A DNA stretch of 64,000 bases from positions 248,001 to 312,000 of the forward strand of contig JALMLS010000277.1 in NCBI GenBank assembly GCA_038496445.1, given 5' to 3'. Under the pieces are notes generated by a model. That model ran no database searches. It saw only the letters and a program-made list of their open reading frames with translations, and was not told where the DNA came from. Numbering within the stretch: position 1 is the stretch's first letter; each line of letters begins with the position of its first letter. Origin of the DNA: Trichosphaerium sp. ATCC 40318 (Eukaryota > Protista > Tubulinea). Position numbers and translations under genes: made by a program. Below, piece after piece: positions 36,901 to 50,287 of this stretch.

Positions 36901-39900
36901 GATATATAATCTAACACCTCGCCAAGGTTCACTTCTGCACTTAAAATATTCGGTATATCAGTTCCTAAGTGGTTATCTGATTATTACGACACTTGCAAGC
37001 CCTTTTGCCAGCCAAAAGTTGTCCGTTCTCTTATGCAACTGTACGTAGGTTTGGGATCTGTTAAGAAACAAATTTTAATGAGTTGCTAACCACAATCAAT
37101 TAGGCTTTGGACAACATTTGATGAAAATAGAAGAGAAGCTATGAGTATTTTAAATAGGCTTCCAAGCCCTTTGCCTGGATATACACCTGATTTAACTACA
37201 AGAGAAACACAGCGCGCTCTAGATTTATTGCGAAGGTGCTGTAAATCAAGAGCGTTGGAGTTGTTTACCTTTTTTATAGTGCTAGAATGAGGGATTGTAT
37301 TGCTGCAGCAATAGTTCTTCGTATGATTGCTTCAAAGTTTGGTTCAGTTTACACTTGTAAAAAGGTTGACAATACGCTTGTGTTTACTGATGAAGTGCCT
37401 GAAGGTAGTGATTTAATTGTTTCTTCGCTTGCTTATTTTTTTAATAGACAAAGAAGCTACAACAATTACTATGTTACGTTATGTTGTAGAGGTTCTTGAA
37501 CAAGAGATTGAGCGATCAAATAGCAATACAGTTGATATAGTACCTCTACAAGGATATTTCAATGCAATAAGGTTTTTTATTGCTGACCTAAAATACGATA
37601 AGCCGTATGTGTTTTACATAGTTTATTGAATTCTTACGCTTCTGAAAGGGACACTGATACAACACGTGGGGATTTAATAGCAAGGCTGGTTTCACTATCA
37701 AAGCGAGCTGCAAGGATTAATATAAAAGCTATTGGAGCTTCTTATTCCGCTACAAGAACAGAATCCGAACAACAAGAAGGTAACCAACTTTCAAAGTAGT
37801 TTTGAGAACTAAATTTGTTTGCAGTTGAAAAAGGCTCTTCTGTTTGTGCATGGCAATCAGTCAAAGAAATTTCAGCAATGATGAGCGATATTGTGCAGTT
37901 TGTACGTCTTCCAAAAGGTCCTCAGGATAGTAATGCGTACACCTCTGTTGCTCAAGTGCGAGAGATTATTGAATTGCAGCTACATATAGTACTTGCTACA
38001 AGACACAAGGTACACCCAAAAACCCTGTTTTTGATACTTGGAAACGCCATGCTAAACATAGTGTAGGGTGTAATTGAAAGGGGTTCAGCATCTTTTTCTG
38101 ACTTACTACGAATATGTATAGAAGCTGAACACCCTGATATACGAAGTATTCCTGGCACTATACTTACAATGCTCCTACACCAGATACGGTATGACTTTTT
38201 CAGGGAAAGTCTTTCTGTTAGGATTATTGACAAAGTTTAGGAACAATCCTAAAAGCATCATCTTGACCCGTCGCTCTGCTGGTTTACCTTGGGCTATCGG
38301 AGCTATATGCAATGCAGATTGGCGGGTATACCGACATAACTCGGGTATACTCAAACAAGCTTTAAGAGGGATAATAGATATTGCGAAAGAAACCAAGGAA
38401 GACAAAGATGATTACACTTCTTGTGTACATGCTTTGAACATACTCCGAGCACTTATCATGGACAGGCACTCAAGCATTGACAGAGTTAAAAGCTTATTTA
38501 TCTGTATAGGCTCTATGTTGATATTGTCGTTGGGTTTGCTGAAGAAGCCTTCATGCTTGCGTTACCTTTGTACAATTCAAAGCATTGGGCAATGCGTAAT
38601 TCTGCAACATGGGTATTTACTTCACTACTGATACGTTGTCTTGGCTCTTCAAGGGTCATAGAAGATCAATCGGGTAACAAAGGACGCCTTAGTGTTAGTA
38701 CGTATCACACCATGCCCTTTGGTTAAAAGTTTTCCATCCTAATGTTGTTGTACTAGGTGAATGGTTTGTACAGTTTCCTAAGCTTAAAGATTATCTATTA
38801 AATAGTCTCAATAACGATGAACAAGATACAGGAGATCCTCAAGCAGCTCTTTATGCTATGTTAACCCTATTCTCTCGTCTTTCTATTGTACTAAGCTCCT
38901 TGGTTTTACGTAATGTTTGTAATACTGTCATAGGTAGAACAGCAATCTTCGTTGGATAAGTTCACTAGCTTCATTCCAGCTATACGAAGGCATACAGCAT
39001 CACAACACTTTATGGTTCGGTGCATGGCTGCAAAAGCTCTAGTACCTTTTATTTCAATACCAGGCCTTCCTGAGTTCTGTAAACAAATATTGGTTTCTCT
39101 TCCTGATGAATCAACTCGTATAACAAACCACAACTTTGTTCACGGGCAATTACTCCAACTTTACTATATACTAGAAGGTACCAATCACATTGATCGTGGT
39201 ACTTTATCTCATAGTGTTTACCATTGTTTTAGAACACTTACCTCTACTATCAAAAGAGAGAAAGATATCATTCTTTTTAGAGGTTTTGCCATTAATACAA
39301 GCAAAGTCTTGGTTTGGTACCATGTGTAAATGCCCTCCTCTCACAGCAGTATACTACGATCTTGTTGTACTTGTGATTAAACATATACCTCAAGATAGTA
39401 GTGAATCCTTTGATTCGTTTATAACAGCTGTTTGCCGACAAGCTTCAGTTTTAGTTAAATCAGAAGCAACCAGCTTAACAGGCAGACTCATGAATCCACT
39501 CGCCAAACGAAACGCTGCACGTGTTCTACTCACTTCTCAAACGCGCTTTAGTAATGCCTTGATTGACTTGGAAGATATAACTTTCTTGCTCATCTCATCA
39601 AAGGATTATCAAGTAAGATCAATAGTTTTGAATAAGCTCATACGTGATGCAAAAAATGAAGAGGAAGAATTCCAGCTGGACAAAAGTACGCTAAAGAAAA
39701 CCAGTTGTGTCAGGTCAACGTCTTAAGTTTTTGTTTAGGCACTGTTATGTACTTGCTAGACAACCTACCAAAGGAAAGAGATGCAAAGGTTCTATCACGT
39801 ACATTGAAATTGTTATCAATAGGCACCCACGAATTGGTGAGATACTACTGTTACCTTCATCTTTTATCTAATTCAGTAAAGTCTCTTGATGCCTGGCCTA

Positions 39901-41338
39901 AACTCATGCTGCTTACACATCTAAAAGACGAAAGGACCAAAACTGGACTATTACGTGTAATGGGAAAAGCAATACGAGAGGTACGATTTAAAATACAAGC
40001 TACATAGTAACATTTCGGTTCTCAGGTTGCTGAAAAGGACAAGTTCATTGCAGCAAAGGCCAGAATATGGTTATCAATGCTACGTGACAGTATTAGTGAG
40101 ACACAACCAGAAGGTATAAGACGTGCTGCTCTTGAATCTGTTTGTAGTGCGCAGATAGGCAGTAAAGCATGGTATGATATTTTTTCTGCCAGAAAAGATA
40201 CCTGACCATTGTTGTCATGTGTAGGGTATCGAATGTCGCTTTAGGATTGAGTGCTTGGAAGATTGTTATTACTGCATTACAAGATGATTCTCAACGTATA
40301 AGAGAAGGCGCAACAGGTTAAAGAAAATTCATATTTTTTAGTCAATCAAGAACTATCTGACTTTTCTGCTTTAGATTTCGTTTTGAGTTGCTTCCGTGAA
40401 ATAAACTCAACCAGCATACTACGTGATACTGATATTAAACCAACCGTACAAGGTAAGTTACGTTTTTCAACACCTGTGGTGGTGGAAATACCTTCAAACT
40501 CACTTTGTTTGGAACAGGTGGACTGTTGCAATGTTTCACATTACTAGAAGCTCGTTATGGGTCTTCTGCAGCATACGTTGACTTACTACTTAATATGTTA
40601 TTACCTGGACTTGGTAAGGCGTCTGTTATTATAAAGTTTAACGATGTAGAACCTTTACTTATCTTCATATCAAGATGCACTAGCTAAAGACTGGAAAACA
40701 CAAACAACACGTGATCTTTTCGAACCAGAGCCAGCGAATTTTGCTGTAGAGCCTGCTTTGATTTATCAAATCGCTGCAAAGTTTCTTTCTGCTACAAAAG
40801 GTGGTCAAGGTGTAACACAAAAGGTACATTAAACGAAGCTTTAACAAAAAACCTTTTGAAAAGTCTAAACTTATCATAACGATTGCTCTAGATTACACAA
40901 CAGAAAGATAGCTTACTTTCAAGGATGAGTACGACAGCGTCCTTTACTACTGTTATCCACTCACAATAATTTCTCTTTTCAGAGTCGCTGAAGAGATGGT
41001 TAAATGCTGCAATATCGTCCAAGAATCCTGCAGCGTATTGGGCTTTAGATGAAGCTCCTGTATTTTCTGTACTATATCGTGTTGCGTTGATGCTTCAGTT
41101 GTGTGTAGAACATAACGTAGAGTTCGCTGATGATGAAAAGAATCAAATAGTTGCCTGTACGATTGAGTTTATTTACTTTTTTTGTTTTCAGTCTTTCTTA
41201 ACTTCCTATTTAGTTGCACTATGTTTAAAACAATTCTCAACAACACCACCAATAGAAGCTGTTCTATCGAGTCTGTCAAATACTTTTGATTCTATTCAAG
41301 TGAACTGTGCGTTCTCCAATACAATTTTGGTAACTTGA
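33905..41338 (+). CDS. THADA: THADA/Trm732 (DUF2428 armadillo protein, tRNA 2'-O-methylation cofactor)
   Basis: TRH(K)GVIE, LTRRSAGLPW, CVHALNILRAL, WAMRNSA, VRCMAAKALVPF, HNFVHGQLLQL, DLFEPEPANF; about 35-40 exons. Confidence 0.9.
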
Positions 41339-42195
41339 TACAGTTGAAAAATAAAAAAAAATATCAAGAAAAAGAAACACGCTAGAAAACAACTCCTTTT
41401 CGCTCAAGAAAAAGCTGAGGATAAATTATTAATAGATCACGTGATCATAAAGGTTCGCAGTTTTACTTTTAACTTTAATATATTCTATCGCTGAGAACGC
41501 GTCATATTTGAGCGCTAGTACTTCTCGTAGCGCTTGTTTAAATTGAAAAAATAGTAACAATTTTGTTCTCACGTTAAAACACGCAAATCCACTTTTACTC
41601 CTCTCTAGAACTAATCATACAGTGTCTTTCTTTCCATAGAAACGCACGATAATCTTATACATATCTTCATTACGCAATAGTTTGAAATTTTTGAAAACGT
41701 GATTTACCCACAAAAAATCCAACCCAAACATTATTTACTTCACACGTCGGTTTTTTTCTCACTAAGTAGTCAGTGTACGCCCTCACAATCACGAACTCTT
41801 CAAAAACACTCTTCAATAGGTATTTTTATAACAGGTAACTACACAGCGCTAGAAAGAAAAATGTGAGCAGATTGTATTTACAGATCAAAATGAGATCACA
41901 ATTATCTGATAATTTTTTGTTATTGTTGCCACTTGAGAAATTTCCCAAGACGTAAAAGAGGCAAGTGATTCTCCGTATGGATACCAAAAATATCTCGTGT
42001 GTCAAGATTTGGGTACCCGAGATTAAGGCACGCTCATACTTTTTACTAACACAGGGTAAACAAGGCAGCAAGGTACGTACCCAAAACTCAAGGCGTAAAA
42101 GAGCTTACTAGATCATGTTTAACCAAAAACTTTTCATCTTTGAAGATTTCTGAGCTAACTCTCTCACCTTTAGCGTCTCTACTTCCGTTACTGTA

Positions 42196-45100
42196 ATGAC
42201 ACGCCTCATACTCACCGTTGTCGCCCTTTTAATAGCTTGTGCGGCTGCACAGCAAACTCTTACTATGGATACATTAGTTGATGATTGGGAAGTTCTAACA
42301 GACAACCACGAAGCGAATGCTACCTTCGACGTTGCTGAGGCAATATCCACTGGTGTTAGAGGTTACGGTAGCATGCGTACAATAACCGCTACGATTATCA
42401 GTAACTTTTTCGACCGTAACATCCTCTGTAACTCGCTTGGGGGCACGTTTACAATGCGAATGAATCCAGGTGTTACTGGTTCTTGTGATATCGCTTACAC
42501 CGCGCCAATGCGACAACCTTTCAACCCTGCTATTAACTTGAACGCTCCTATTATTGGTGCCAGTACGTGACCTCTATCGTTGACTTTTGGCGTGTTAAGT
42601 CCCCCTTTTTTTAAAACACGTGATTTTTGGATCGCATCTCATTTTGTTTTAAATAGGTTGTTGGGCTGTACAGGTTATTAGCTCTACAGGCGCAAGTGTT
42701 GCTATTACTGCAAATACTCCATCTGGAAGTATCGTATCTACTTTACCTTCGTTTAGTGGTGAAAGCGAAATCCACTGTATCCCAATACCAAACCCGGGCG
42801 CTTTGTCTTCTGTGACTGGTTTACAAATTACTACAGCCGGACCATCCTCTACTACTATTGGAATTCAGGCCATTTGTCCTACTCCACCAGTGATATGTGA
42901 ACATACTGTCACTATTGATGGTTCTCCTGTACCAGACCAGGTTCCAACAGGTTCGATTGTTTTCTTCATCTCAACGAATAAGAAAAATCCTTAAATCGTA
43001 ATTCTTCTAACAGTTGTTCTGTAGGTACTATTCTTTCAGTATCAGTAACGTGCCTCAATTTTGCGTCTGTACCTTCTGATGACGAAACGGTCAGCATGAA
43101 CTTTGATATTCCTCAAAATATTGGCACTGTATTGCCTGATACAAGAGACTGTAGTCTTGAGGTAAGTTGTAGTATTTCGTTTCTTTTTCCTTAAACCAAC
43201 TTTCTTCGCCATCATGTGACTTATAAATTTTGCATCTAGGCTGTTTTCAATCCAACTAACGGCCTTTCTGTATCAAATGTTCCAGTTGCTGATGGTGCCT
43301 CGTTCACATGTGGCTTTGACTTCATGGCAACAGGTGCCTCCAATTTTTCCTCAAAGTTCAACTTGTCCTTCTGACACTACTTTAAGGCGGTGGCTCAACA
43401 TCTTTATTTGCAGCTGTCACAAACTCAGCTGATGGCGTCGTAAGCTACTCTGGAAACGCCCCACGGCACGTACTCTATTCTGCTTCTTTTTTTTTTTTGT
43501 TGAAGCATTAAAATTAAACACAACTCCTTACAAGAAACTTTTAGTGGATTATGTGATGTAGCTCAAGTATTCAACCTTGTTGTTACAGGTGATGTAATAC
43601 CAGTTACACCAACAACCGCTGCTCCGACGACTGCTCCTGTAGGATTCACACCACCTCCTGTAGGCTTCACACAACCACCAATGGATACTCCAACTGCCGC
43701 TCCTGTAGGCTTCACGCAACCTCCTCCAACTGCCGCTCCTGTAGGCTTCACACAACCTCCAACCGACACTCCAACCAACGCTCCAGTTGGCTTCACGCAA
43801 CCCCCAACCAACGCTCCAGTCGGCTTCACGCAACCCCCAACCAATGCTCCATTTGGCTTCACGCAACCCCCAACCAACGCTCCATTTGGCTTCACACAAC
43901 CCCCAACCAACGCTCCATTTGGTGTGACACCGCCAACAAACGCGCCAGTAGCTCCTCCAACAGCCCCTCCAACGAATGCTCCATTTGGTGTAATAACACC
44001 AACAAATGCACCATTTCCTCCTCCAACAGTTCCTCCAACGAATGCTCCATTTGGCACTGTAGCTCCAACAAATGCGCCATTCCCTCCACCAACAAACCCT
44101 CCAACAAACGCTCCATTTGGCACAGTAACACCAACAAATGCACCATTTCCTCCACCAACACAACCACCAACAAATGCTCCATTCGGCACAGTAACACCAA
44201 CAAATGCGCCATTCCCTCCACCAACAAACCCTCCAACAAACGCTCCATTTGCCACTGCAGCTCCAACGAATGCGCCAGTACCTCAATCGCCAACGAACGC
44301 TCCATTTCCACCTCCAACAAACCCTCCAACGAACGCTCCATTTGCCACTGCAGCTCCAACGAATGCGCCAGTACCTCAATCCCCAACAAACGCTCCATTC
44401 CCACCACCAACACAACCACCAACCAATGCCCCTGTACAAACCGCTGCTCCTACAAACGCGCCAGTACCTCAATCCCCAACAAACGCTCCATTCCCTCCAC
44501 CAACACAACCACCAACCAATGCTCCTGTGCAAACCGCTGCTCCTACAAACTCTCCTACAAATGCTCCTGTACAAACCACTGCGCCTACAACCGCACTTTG
44601 TGATCCTTTCACTACTGCTGGAGGTGTCATACCAACAGGTCAATTCTCTCTTATTGATATTATTGGTCTACCTTTAGCACCACCAGAGTATTGTATGCGA
44701 TTTGATGGATTCACCGGATCTACTGTACGATTTTCAATTCACGTTTTTTGCTACAATATCTTTAAGTCGTTTCCAAAAAAATTATCTTGAGTTGTTTGTT
44801 TATGTTTGTTATAGGTTCCAGTGACATTATCTTGCTTGAGTAATATGATCTTATACATCAATGCTGCTGAGCGTACTATGAGACTTAGTGGTGAACTTTT
44901 CGGTGCTGAAGACCTTGGTACTACTCGTCAAAACCCAGAATTCGCAGCTATCCACATTATTTTCTCGTACGTTGTTTCTTTTTTCATCTAGTATTCTTCT
45001 TTACATCGTAGACGTTTTGTGCTTACCTGGTTTTTTAAATAGGGATATTGTAATTATCAGTACACCAACTGGATTCGAAATTAACACCAGCACTATCAGT

Positions 45101-45432
45101 GACGGTCTTGTTCTTTTCAGGGTACTAAACTTTTGAGAACAAAAAGCAATAACCCTGATTTCACGACTTACGTTATACATAGAATACACCATTTATTATT
45201 GGCTCTCTAGCAGGATCACTAGCAGGACGTATTGTTGGTACTCCTAACGGATACACATTTTTGTACGTATACTATACTGAGCGACTAAAGAAAAAACCTC
45301 TTGAAGAAAGGATATTTCCAAAAAAAAGTATGGCTTTTCTAATTCTCCTCTAGCGGTCGCTTTGGAAGACCTTTTGGAAACGATGCATATGACTACGACT
45401 TTATCGCAAGAGTCGGTAACTGTATTCCTTAA
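42196..45432 (+). CDS. Secreted mucin-like/cell-coat glycoprotein: globular N-domain, DUF11-like Ig domain, long PTNAP stalk, C-terminal globular domain
   Basis: Signal peptide MTRLILTVVALLIACAAA; about 1-kb Pro/Thr repeat exon; no obvious TM anchor; ends RVGNCIP*. Confidence 0.75.
43610..44590 (+). repeat. Coding tandem repeats (PTNAPx units with higher-order blocks)
   Basis: Dozens of CCAACNAAYGCNCCA units. Successive subtypes GFTQPPTNAP, FGTVTPTNAPFPPPTNP and ATAAPTNAPVPQSPTNAP. Confidence 0.95.
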
Positions 45433-45672
45433 AGTATAACCTAAAACTTAAGGTACGTTCTAAAACCAAGCCTTAATTTTTTTTTACTTATTCTTTGGTT
45501 GATAGGCACATCTTACAAATAGAATATTATTGAATAAAAAGTATTTAACCGTGTAAGAGATTTAAACTAATAATTGAATAAACGTGATTTTTATTTAACA
45601 CAATATCTTTCTGTATTCTCAATGAGACATATTTGATTGTTGAGTTATGTTGTAAATTTTTGTAACTTGTTA

Positions 45673-46986
45673 TTACTCTTCAGCCTTATTTAGACAACAA
45701 TACCACGTCATATCATCAGCATCATTAATAAGACCTTCCTTCTTACCTGGCATTGCATGCTCAACAACAAAGCCTACGAAATTAATTAGCACTTGAAAAA
45801 CATAACTTGTGATTATCACGTGACACTTTTTCGCAGTTACAGAAAAATCGAGAAAACGCACCTCTATTCTTAAGCTCTTCCTCAAAAGAAGGTACACCAA
45901 GCCTATAACTTGCAGATATCCCATAAAAATATCCACCTTTTTTGAGATACATACTTACTGTTTTAGCCAGTTCTTTGCCTATATCAACTGTGTACATAAT
46001 CTCTGTTCCAATGACAATATCAAACTTTTTTTTGAACACCATCTTATCTGACATAAAGTCAATCAAAGTAGTCGATATTGTATCGCTTGGCACTAAGACG
46101 AATCACATTAATAAGACATAAGGTAAGATATTAACAGCTCAGAAAGGTTGCAGGCATGGTACGCCACTGTTTCTGCCCTCGAACACAGGAAGTTGTTCCA
46201 AAAGTATTTTGGTTAAAAACGCGTACAACTTCGTTTGTTTAGCTTTATATTATCTGTTATATTCTCTATTACGCTTTCTAAGCCATCTGTTATCGTAGTC
46301 GATTTCGCGTAGCGAGATGTTACTAATCCAGCTAACCCACATCCTGCTCCTAGTTCCAGTACAGTCTTTCCCTCAAAGAAACCCTTGTTTTGAAAAATCC
46401 ATCTACTCGCTAACACAGCACCATCCCAAACTCTCCAAGAAGTCTTTACTTCAGCGTATCCAGTTTGTTTCAGTCTAATCACGACATCGAATGCACCAGA
46501 TTGGACGTTGTAGCCAAAGCCGATGTTCCTCAGAGTACCTGGTTTGCACTTTGCTAGAACAGATGCAGCTAACTCGACAGGGTAAGAATATACGTCTCAA
46601 GGTAGCTTTAAGTTGATAAGAGAGGGAGTACCTTGGGAAATGTCGTTTGTAAGTTTGTAGTCTTGGTAATAATGCTCAATAAGGTTGTTTAAACTGTGTA
46701 GACATCCAAAACCTCTTAAAACTGGAAAAGTCTCAGTTTAGCGAACTGTCAATTTAGAAATACCGTCATTAGCTGTAATTAGGCTTCCAATGAGTTGAAG
46801 TGCGCGCATAAGCTCTGGAATAAGCGTTGGATCAAGTTTTTGTTGATCTTTCACCATTAAGGATAGTTGATACAGTACTTTTACATTCTTGGGCGCCAAT
46901 AGATGTTGTTTAACAGTACGAACCCATTTATCGAACGCTCCGTCTCTCAACAACTTTGTTATTACCGTAGCTAGGTCTTGCTCCAT
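45673..46986 (-). CDS. Seven-beta-strand protein methyltransferase (Methyltransf_16, METTL21/22/23-EEF2KMT-like)
   Basis: WRVWDGAVLASRWI...FEGKTVLELGAGCGLAGL...TITDG...FDIVIGTEIMY. Confidence 0.85.
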
Positions 46987-47096
46987 AATTCAAGCATATC
47001 AAGTGGTTTGGTGGTAATAACAGTAATTGTACACCTTCGCAGAAGTAAGCAGCGAAGTCTTGGTATTTCCTTCGCGCCATTTTTTGAATTGACCAA

Positions 47097-48482
47097 ATGG
47101 ACGCGACACTTGAGTCTCTACGCCAATTTTCTTGCCCTCTGGTAGATATCGATGATAATAAAAAGCTTTTTACAGAAGAATTGCTTGTTCTGTTCTACTG
47201 GGCTCTAGGGAAGATCGATGCTGAGATTCTACATAAAATTGAGACCAAGAGCGTCGCTGTACCTCAAACGAGGGAGCAAGGTACGAGTTACACGATTATT
47301 TAAACTAATACTCTTCAGTTGTGCTAACAACAGCGTCATTACTTGGACTATGCGCCAAAGACGATACGGAACTCGTAGCTGTACGCAATACCTCACCGAA
47401 AAGAAATAACGGTTTTTTGCCTTTCAGAATTTTTTGCTGTTATTTAGTAAACTTGCTTGTGAACCATGCTTGACTCATATAAAAATTAGGGAAACGCCAC
47501 TCTTGGAACAAAAGTAGTACTTACACAACACATGCTTCAAATGATAGCCATGAAAGAGCATGTCACGAAAAGCAAGATCAAGTACGCTTTTTGACACATG
47601 TCACATGTTGTGGTTATTTTTTTCTTCATATTTCTCCTGACGCGACGTAGTACAAGCATAGCAGTAAAAAACGAGCAACTACTATTACGTCAAGTTCTAG
47701 ATAATCCAGAATTGCTTCACTCAAGTAAATCCCTTTTTCCAAGCGATATGGAATCTCTCACTAGGCTCAAAAAGAAGTACTTCCTCAAAGAAAAAACTTT
47801 TTTTTTTACATTTCTTCTTAGGACGAGAGTACCAGATAACAAATCATTATCAGCTTCCATAACAAAACTTGAGAAGTTTATTGTTGCTAATGATATTGAC
47901 GAACGTGACACAACTGTACGTGGGAAACAAACGATTTTTTTTTGGTGAATTTTTTTGTTTTCTTCTTTTCAATGTGGTCCGTGCTTATACCAGTTTTTTT
48001 TATAGGAGCAGGATGCTTATCGTCAAAGAGAAATTACTATGGATACTACAGCATTGAAAGAAGACTTACAACATCAAACACAACGATTGAAATCATTGAC
48101 AAAAGAATTCTCAGAATTGTTTACAGATGACATTGAACCTCTTCTAGAAAAGCATAAAGTAGGATCAATTGAAGTATCAGCTATTGGAAAAGTATCAGAT
48201 ACTGTTCTAACCAGTACTAAACCACTTACAGAAGTACACTAACCTTTCATTTTTATTTCTTTTTGCATTCTCGTTTTTTTCTTGATTTTTGTTTGTTTGA
48301 TGGTATGGCTCATTGATTTATTCGTTTAGGTCCTTGATACAGGTGATATGATACGTAAAGCATCTCATAACTTGAGTCAGATGAAGAAAAACGTTATGGA
48401 GATTGAGCAATCGCCTTGCTTTTCGAAAGAATCTCTTGCTCTTTTGACAAATGCAATGACTTTATCAGAAGCTCTTGCATAG
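47097..48482 (+). CDS. HAUS7: Augmin complex subunit 7-like coiled-coil protein
   Basis: SCP...W...LLGLCAKDDTELVAG; LHSSKSLFPSDM; LKSLTKEFSELFTDDIEP. These resemble HAUS7/AUG7 motifs recalled from memory. Confidence 0.6.
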
Positions 48483-48652
48483 GAACATTTAAGAGTTTCG
48501 AACAACTATTCATTTGTATAATTTTAGGACAGTACTGTTGGTTGTACTGCCTTTAATCTTGTAGCATTAAAGACCAACAACAAGACACACAACGCGAAAG
48601 TTTGTTTTTTCTTCTGATATTTTTTCCATGTGACGTCACTGACTGTCTTTGT

Positions 48653-50152
48653 TTATTTTTTTTCAATTATTGCTTCTATTGCGTCCAATGCTTCCTTTAC
48701 CATTTTCATGTCAGCTTGAACGCCCATGTGACCAATACGAAAGACCTTGAAAAGAAAAAGAATCAAGTCAGAAAATATTACTCCTTTTTTTTTTGGTAGG
48801 TACTTTATCTTTTAGTTTGCCATAGTTGCCTCCAACTACAACTCCTTTACTGCGCAGCTTATTATCAAGATCTTTCCAACTTATTCCATCTGGTACATAG
48901 CATGCTGTTATAGTAGGTGAAGGTGTAGAACCTAGACAAGTCAGAAACAACGCAAAAACTTCTCTTGCTGATACCTTCAGCCACGTGTAGTTTTAAGCCC
49001 ATCGTCAAAAGTCTTTGTCTACAATATTTTGCTACATCGTCATGCCTTTTTATAGAATTATCAAGGCCTTCTTTAATAAACGCATCCAATGCATTATTCA
49101 GTTCAATCATTGAAGGCCCTGTGTCAATCAATGAATAACAGTTCAAGAAAAAACGAACTTACAGTTGTGAGTGTACGGACAGTATTTTTCTTCTACGACA
49201 TTCCTCCACCCTTTTAATGCCTCATATCCTTTATAACTAACTCGTCAGATATGACATAGTAACTAGAGCACGTACTTAACTTCATCAATAACTGACCAAG
49301 CACGTGATGATACGGTTAAAATAGATAAATCGGGCCTCAAAGATAAAACTTTTTGACTTCTAAATCAACAACGGTTAGGTCTATTGCCTGATACCTCAGT
49401 ACCCAAGTAAACCAATATCAATATGCCAGTCACTTACATTAACATGTGCACCCATACCACTACTGACAAAATCGACATAAAAAAGACTTCCAACGCTTGC
49501 ACTGATTTTGCCAACCTTATGAATTCTCAGTTAAATAATCGATTAGAAACGGTTCTTACATCTCCCAAACGATCATTTAGTGTACCAGAAGGTGTTTCTA
49601 ATGCGTTGGTAAGTTCAGAAATGAGTTTCAAAGATTTTGACGTTATTTCCAAACAGCTTTGTTAAAACGTACCACAATGTACTGCTGTTATTAATTTTGG
49701 CTTGAATTCTTCCGCTTTGGTGCGTATTTGGTTCAATAAACCATCAGAAACCGTTTCGTTGTATTCCGTTCCTACAACCTATTCCAACGTATTAACCATG
49801 CGTATGACCTTTATAAAAACGTACTTCTACAACGGCACCCATGTCACGACACATATCGGCGATGCCGTACCCGTAAATTCCTCCGCAAGCCGTTAGCTCC
49901 TTTTTACTTATGGTTTAGCGTACCTGTAGCGACAGACAACACCTTGTCGCCTGGCTTTAGTGTACTCTTTAACCCAGCCCACAAAGCAAGCATACCTTCG
50001 CCTACCATAACAACAGCACTTCCTTTAGGCGCATAAAGCATCTTTTCAAGTTTTTTTGTTACGCTGTCGTACAACTCGTAAAATTCGTCATCTATATCAG
50101 CTGATCGTTGACCAGATGGTCCAGGTATCATACCACACTTATAAGGTTCCAT
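48653..50152 (-). CDS. Class-V PLP aminotransferase (alanine-glyoxylate/serine-pyruvate type)
   Basis: MIPGP; GEGMLALWAGL; VHC|ETPSGTLN; YVDFVSS; G|SQK (PLP lysine); PYTH; FRIGHMG. Confidence 0.9.
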
Positions 50153-50287
50153 TTTTTTGGTGTTAAAGGTTACAAAATACGGTTATTTACAGGTTGTATT
50201 AAGTTATAGTACAAGTTTAAGCCATCGAGTTGGCTGAGGAAAAAAAATGCTGACCATGAGTTTGTGGCTTACAATAACTTCGAAAAG

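Noticed and set aside
43610-44590. Possible CRISPR-like array
   Set aside because: No unique spacers; variation is codon-structured; eukaryotic coding repeat.
43549-44677. Long alternative-frame and antisense ORFs (W/C/R-rich, GGGNGAFV, Q/L/H-rich)
   Set aside because: Shadows of the stop-poor PTNAP repeat; only the Pro/Thr frame connects to the signal-peptide exons.
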